In this document: positions 58,630 to 64,000 of the stretch, piece by piece
Layout of the letters: every line of letters starts with the position of its first letter
Position numbering within the stretch: the first letter of the stretch is position 1
Assembly (NCBI GenBank): GCA_038087875.1
Contig: JAXLNO010002682.1
Coordinates: forward strand, 1-64,000
Source: Malacoraja senta
Taxonomy: Eukaryota
DNA: 64,000 nucleotides
Direction of reading: 5' to 3'
Notes under the pieces: model-generated
What the model was told of the DNA's origin: nothing
The model's input: the letters and a program-made list of their open reading frames with translations, nothing else
Databases searched by the model: none
Position numbers and translations under genes: made by a program

Positions 58630-61600
58630 CGCGCACACGCGCAGAGAGACAGTGGCTCGGCATGGTGAACTATTGTTGACAGTGGATACCCAACATTGCT
58701 CTGGAATCTAAAAAGCTGACGCCATACACTAGTATGGAGGGCGAGTTTCAATTGTCTGAGGAAGCCCAATAAGCTTTTGAGAATTTAAAGAAGTCTCCAT
58801 TACAGGCACCAGCATTAGGAAGGCCACTCTATGATCGAGAATTCCAACTACTGTACAATCCTTTCTGATTGTTCAACTGCAGTATTGACTCAGAAATGTG
58901 GATACAAACATAGACCAGTGACCTATTCTTCAAAACTTGATCCTGTAGCACAGGGACATCCCATTTGCACCTAGATCTTCACTGCGATCTACAACAGCTT
59001 GCAATCAGCCGCTAATTTGACCTTATAGCAGAACATTATTGTATAGCTCTCATTCAGTTGCTGCCTTGCTAGGACAACTGCAAACTCAACACCTTACCGT
59101 GGCTCGCCAGAATAAATACAAGATATACCTGTTAAATAACCCTAAATTGCAGTTCAAAAGTTGTACTACTATCAATCCAGCATCCTTTCTTGCTAATCCA
59201 CCCAAAGAACAGATGGAAGCAGGGCATGACTGCCTGTTTGTGATCAAGGAAGATACTTCTGTTAGGGAAGATTTGTATAAGTATGTGCTAGTAATTGTAG
59301 ATGTATTTAGTAAGTGGATTGAAGCCTACCCAACACTTGACAACAAAGTCTCTACTGTTGTCAAGATGCTTATGCGAGAGATCATCCCTAGATATGGTAT
59401 TCCAATTCGGCTAAGTTCTGATAATGGTCCTCATTTTATAGAACAAGTGAATAAAGAATTTTGTACTCTATTGGGAATGGATCAACAGTTGCACTGTGCT
59501 ATCGACCACAGACTGCTGGACTTGTTGAACGAGTTAATCAGACCTTAAAAACTAAGCTTGCTAAATTGAAAGCTAAAACAGGGGTTAACCGGGTTAAATT
59601 ACTTCCTATAGCGTTGTTTCAGATGTGTACCTCACCAGCAGGAAGAGCACGACTGAGCCCAGCTGAAATTGTGTATGGTCATCCACTTAGAACCTCACGG
59701 AACCAGAGTACCTCAAAAGTTGTTTATTTCCATCATTTGTCATCAGAGATGACTAATTATATTCTGTCATTGACCAAAGCAGTAAAGGATTTGCATTCCA
59801 GGGTACGAGCAGCGTATATTGAATTACCACCTCTATCTACCTCAACTAAAGTCGGACCTGGTGATTTTGTCATGGTAAAAAACTGGGTAAGGGTCTGGTT
59901 GCTCGGTGGGAAAGACCTTATCAGGTTCTCCTCACAACCCCGACTGCTGCTAAAGTAGTAGGGAAAAATGCGTGCGTCCACCTTCACCATTGTAAAGTTA
60001 TCAGTAATGCGCTAATTCTTTCTTTTTTTGAAGAAATGTTTTTCAGTATAGGTGTGTTGAGTACCCTGAATACACTTCTGCTGCTAGTGATGACTACAAG
60101 AGACTACATGCCCATGAAAAGTCGGGAGGTGAAGATTTCTTGGTCAACTGCCTGAGAATTTGCTACGCCCATGAAAAGTCGGGAAGCAGAGACTTATGGG
60201 ATCATGGCATAACATCATCATCATTGTTTGACTGTTGATATGTACTATTGTCATTTCATTTTTCCTTGTTTGTGAATAAGTAGTTATCATGAAATGATAA
60301 AAGGGGGGGGAATGATAATCTGTAAGAGTATGGGTACTTTGGGAAATGGCTGATGGTGCTTTCGAAAATAGCTGACAGTGCCAGTGAGCAAGGTTGAGCT
60401 GGCGGAGGTGACAAAACACCAGGTGCAAGAGGTCCATGTGACCTAGCTGGTGCCATTGAGTCTGGATTTCCAGAGAAATTCCAAGTAGCTTCTGCTTTTG
60501 TGACACCTTGGTGCCATTAAGTCTAGGTTTCTGCAAGAGACTCCAGATGGTTTCTGCTCTTGTGGTTTCTCTGAAGCCATCAAGTCAATGTTCTGTTGAA
60601 CAGCTGCTGAATCTAAGCCTGTGATTGGATAGAGTGTTAACTGTTTACACTTAGTATCTAGGTGCTAAAAGGTTTTTGTATACATAGTTTGTACTGTAAC
60701 AGAGTAAGTGCTTCTTAATGTGTTTTCTTAAGAAGTGGTTTGCATGTAGGGGTGGCCTCCCCCATTGTACTAAGTGTCCCCGCTTTCATCAAGGAGTATA
60801 AAAGTGTATGTAATTCGTTTGGGTGTGTCGGTTGTCTTCTTTCTGTTCTGTTTGCACGAGGCTATTGTGCGCTTGCGTGAATGGATCCGAGACCGTCCCT
60901 ACAGTGTATACAAATAAAGAAGGGTTTGGACTTCAGTGTTCTACTCAGTTTCTTTTACTGAACCAGACTAGGGGTAAGATTAGATCCATTATAATTTGTC
61001 ATTCATGTAGATCAGGGTTTGGACTCAACTCTGGACCAGAAATTATGGATTCAGGTTCCACTCCAGAGGGTGGAGCACAATTTTTGCACTGTCTCCAAAC
61101 TACTTTGAAAACCCACAGGGGAGTTTTGTCTAATGTCCTGACTATTTCTTTCTTAACCTGGATCATTTAGATAGTGAGCCACATTTTGCTAAGATCATTA
61201 GTTGTCCATTAATTGCATTTGCCAGAGGGGTTTTGCACATCTAGTTGCTTGCAGTGGGGCAATGTGGTGCCAGAACAAGCATCAATGCATTGCCTGAACC
61301 AGACTGAAGGCACAGACTCCTGCTGGTGAAAGGCTGCATTACATAATTTAAATTAATCACAAAACCATGTGGGGCATGGTGGCCCTGACTGCAGCAAAAT
61401 GGGTGAAATAAGAGGGGTAAGTATATGGGCAAGGAAAATTTGCTTTTCAATAGTGCTGGGGGAACATTGACTGATCACCTCTCACAACTGATCGATCTTT
61501 AAGTAGGATGATGCATGGGGACAAATATAGAGTACATTACAGGTGCTGATTTGAGCAGAACACAAAGTGTGGACTCTAGTGAGCAGACAGCAATGATAAG

Positions 61601-63102
61601 CAAGTGATCAGTAGGAGCAACTCAACATCATCTGAAAGCATGATGTCAGTGGAACACAAATCGTCGAATGCCCAGTAAATAGTGAGTTTTTTCTAATAAA
61701 TGTGTATATCATACATAAAGGTATAGCAGGGGAGCTCTGCCATGTTGCAACCTATGCTATGTGGAAATTTGCAGGCCTGATGATCGGGTTCAGAATTGAA
61801 GGTGATGGAAATAGTGGATGCTTTGGTTATAACTTTCCAAAATGCCAGATTCTTAAGCAATTCCTGCAGAATATAAAGTAACAAATGTGACTTCACCACT
61901 AAGTCAGGAGAGAAAGATAAGGTACAGAAGTGTCAAATGTCATTTTGACATTTGCAGTTGGGGATAAACAGAATCTATGGTACATATTAAGATATCAAAA
62001 CAGAGAAAACAACATGATTAAGAGTAAACACACATTCAGGTACAGAGTTCCCAGACAGTGGTATTACAGGTAGATAGGGCAGTAAAGAAGACTTTTGGTA
62101 CATTGGCCTTTATCAATCAGGGTACTGAGTATAGAAGTTGGGATTATCTTAGTTGTACAAGGCATTGGTGAGCCCACATATGGAATAATGTTCAGTTTCG
62201 GTCACCTTGCTATAGGAAGGATGTCACTAAGTTGGAATTAATGTAGAGAAGATTTATGTTGCTAGGACTAGGACTCGAGGGCCTGCGTTATAGGAGGAGG
62301 TTGGGCAGCCTAGGCCTTTATTTCTGGGAGCGCAAGAGGCTAAGGGGTATTGAACCTCGGTACTCGTGACAATAATAAATTTATCTAAACTATGTTTAAA
62401 ATCATGAAGGGAATTGATAGGGTCAAGTCTTCTAGCCAGGTTAGGGTAATCAAGAACCAGAGGATAGGTTTAAGATGAGAGGCAAAAGATTTAATAGAAA
62501 CAGAGAATGGTGGGTACATGCAATGAGCTGTGAGAGAATGTTGTTGAGGCATTTGGACTAAAGGGCCTGTTACTATGCTGTATGGCTCTAAATTGTGATA
62601 GTGGATGAGGCAGAACTGGTGGATGTGGTGTATTTGGATTTTCAGTAGGTTTTCAAAGCTGATATTATCTGTAGGAAGCAGACAACTAATTCACGCAAAT
62701 GTGCCTGAAGATTGAGGATGTGCATGGATTTGATACTTTCTGAAAGTTTCCATTCCAATTCATAAATTGCTTTCTACTGTATTAAAAGTATTACAAAACT
62801 TGCAGAAGGAAATCATGAGAAAATGTATAACCGACCAGCACAATGTCTAAAACCAATTATCAGCCATTTGCCATTCATTTTTCTCCATCACAAATGAATA
62901 TCTTAACTTTTAACCACCTGTGGAAGAATGATGTCCTGTAGGTCTTCCAGTGAAAAAAGAGCTGCATAAGTGTTGAGGTGAGCCAACAGCACCATCCGCA
63001 CGTGCTCTTCCCGTATGCTATAGAGTTTCAATAGAATAGGGATCACATGCTCTCGAAAGACATTGGGCGACAGAAGGCAATTGAATTCATCACCAGATGC
63101 AT
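49967..63102 (-). CDS. SCYL3: SCY1-like pseudokinase 3 (PACE-1), last five coding exons; 5' part lies beyond the window
   Basis: Spliced translation contains CLLSP..F...[19 protein letters not shown]|[59 protein letters not shown] and C-terminal [13 protein letters not shown], all matching remembered human SCYL3. Confidence 0.95.
50879..51636 (-). CDS. SCYL3: SCYL3 large penultimate exon (disordered C-terminal region)
   Basis: Within ORF 50861-51649; tgtag/gtaagt boundaries; [33 protein letters not shown]. Confidence 0.93.
52480..52790 (+). mobile_element. Old tRNA-derived SINE; relatives at about 18920-19130 (+) and about 6870-7155 (-)
   Basis: B-box-like GGTTCAAAT..CA..GGCA and shared degraded body; recognised from memory of shark repeats. 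Confidence 0.45.
52859..53041 (-). CDS. SCYL3: SCYL3 exon (phase 1-1, 183 nt): [12 protein letters not shown]...ILTKQ
   Basis: tttaag/gtaacc boundaries; start resembles human DSPMCVVC. Confidence 0.82.
53448..53616 (-). CDS. SCYL3: SCYL3 exon: [56 protein letters not shown]
   Basis: tttttag acceptor; GC donor GAAG|gcaaga. Confidence 0.9.
53731..54442 (+). repeat. ERV 5' LTR
   Basis: Aligns with 60341-60987 from 53800 onward (roughly 90% by eye); TATAAAA near 54244, AATAAA 54357-54362, ends ..TTAACA before the PBS; start uncertain. Confidence 0.85.
54444..54461 (+). promoter_or_regulatory. Primer binding site, tRNA-Pro
   Basis: TGGGGGCTTGTCCGGGAT versus canonical TGGGGGCTCGTCCGGGAT (17/18; the difference is a CpG transition). 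Confidence 0.9.
55180..58425 (+). mobile_element. Rex1/Babar-type LINE, near full length, frameshifted, inserted in the ERV
   Basis: [75 protein letters not shown]; 3' tail (TA)n...gacaata. Confidence 0.88.
58282..58308 (+). repeat. (TA)n microsatellite in the Rex1 3' UTR
   Basis: Direct observation. Confidence 0.95.
58596..58626 (+). repeat. (GT)n microsatellite
   Basis: Direct observation. Confidence 0.95.
58653..60005 (+). pseudogene. Retroviral pol remnant
   Basis: LGMVNYC*QWIPN; QAPALG; [13 protein letters not shown]; TINPASFL...HDC...REDL; [20 protein letters not shown]; SDNGPHF; [15 protein letters not shown]; [11 protein letters not shown]. Confidence 0.9.
60313..60990 (+). repeat. 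ERV 3' LTR
   Basis: Starts TG immediately after PPT AAAAGGGGGGGGAA (60299-60312); TATAAAA near 60798, AATAAA 60913-60918. Confidence 0.88.
62040..62595 (+). mobile_element. Old CR1 LINE 3' fragment
   Basis: [25 protein letters not shown] homologous to the CR1 RT C-terminus; aagggcctgtt..atgctgtat tail. Confidence 0.8.
62918..63102 (-). CDS. SCYL3: SCYL3 exon: (D)[42 protein letters not shown]...IILPQ
   Basis: tgtag acceptor, CAG|gtggtt donor; helical-repeat region. Confidence 0.93.
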
Positions 63103-64000
63103 CTACAATAATGCAATTTAAATAACTTGTTACACACCTGCATTTTTAAAACAGTCTACATTTTACACTTGGTATGCAAAAACACACCCAAAACACATTT
63201 TGTTTTGATGAAAGTTCCTGTTCAGCAAGATGTGTGAATGCTGTTCAGATGTTAAGCTAGCATTTTGTGACATCATACAAGCAATTACTACGCATTTTCC
63301 CTCACATGTGCAGATCACATTAAACAGATTATCATTTCTTGGTTTTGGCAATAATGAACACCATGGTCATCAAAAAGCTGCACTAAGAATTTCCAGGTCC
63401 AATTTATTGCAACCTGATACTCCAAAAGTATGCACTAACCCTAATCAAAGTTACCATCCTTTTTGTAGATAGTTACTCACTTTGAACCTATACTTACCAG
63501 GAACTTAAATCATTTCCTTTAGAACGCTTATAGCTAGCCAATAGCTACAGAGCTTCATCCATTAATGTCGAAGTGAATTTCAACCAAAACCACTGTTCAA
63601 TGCATATTTTCCATCAATACAAAATTTTAGTACAGCTTCTAAAATTTGATAAAACATTTTCTCTTTCTAGGCAAATAATAACAGGTACTATATAACAATT
63701 GAAAGTTCAGTTAATGAGACTGTAGGGGGCTGCTTTAAAAGTTAACCTTTAATCCTGTGCTCTGAACCAGTCAGCTGGAAGGAAAACTCCCAATGTAGGA
63801 AATACGTAGCCAGTCAAATCAGCTACTAAAAAATGACAACAATGTTGTTTTCCAGATGTTAGTCCATCGTATTGGCCCTTTACAACATGGTACTGTTCAT
63901 TTTCCACACCAAAGCAAATCACATTAAAAATATTAGTATTAATTGATTTCACTAAATGTAACAGTCCATGAAATACAAAACCTAAAGGGTGTTGATGCAT

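Larger units (their letters stand above)
53731..60990 (+). mobile_element. Internally deleted class I (gamma/epsilon-like) endogenous retrovirus, antisense in a SCYL3 intron
   Basis: Two LTRs, tRNA-Pro PBS, PPT, and pol remnants (RT thumb, connection, integrase core and C-terminus). Outer boundaries approximate; no TSD seen. Confidence 0.88.

Noticed and set aside
63747-64000. Possible further SCYL3 exon on - ending AAAG|gttaac (ORF 63749-64000)
   Set aside because: No frame resembles the expected upstream peptide (..LVFAEPVA.KSFLP.LL.PK); that exon is probably beyond the window.

Overview
Eukaryotic, AT-rich vertebrate genomic DNA. The repeat content (HE1-type V-SINEs, HER1/CR1 LINE, Penelope elements, a DeuSINE) points to a cartilaginous fish, probably a skate or ray (inference). 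Two convergent genes occupy the window in the same tail-to-tail arrangement as human 1q24. FIRRM/C1orf112 lies on + with 23 coding exons (1204-46107); its first exon is upstream of the window. The last five coding exons of SCYL3 lie on - (49967-63102), and one intron has a GC donor. The introns are packed with mobile DNA: a near-intact CR1 LINE, Rex1-type LINEs, a Tc1 element, Harbinger/hAT/Tigger-like MITEs, Penelope fragments, and an internally deleted class I endogenous retrovirus with a tRNA-Pro PBS. The most notable observations are three RNA structures. (1) A hammerhead-ribozyme core whose three strands are in a non-circularly permuted order, in the sense strand of a short FIRRM intron (19732-19797). 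(2) Many Penelope-type minimal hammerhead motifs, some in young palindromic insertions with 15-17 bp TSDs. (3) An array of about 7 tRNA T-arm/B-box-like hairpins in the ERV leader. All homology calls come from remembered sequences and manual translation, not database searches.
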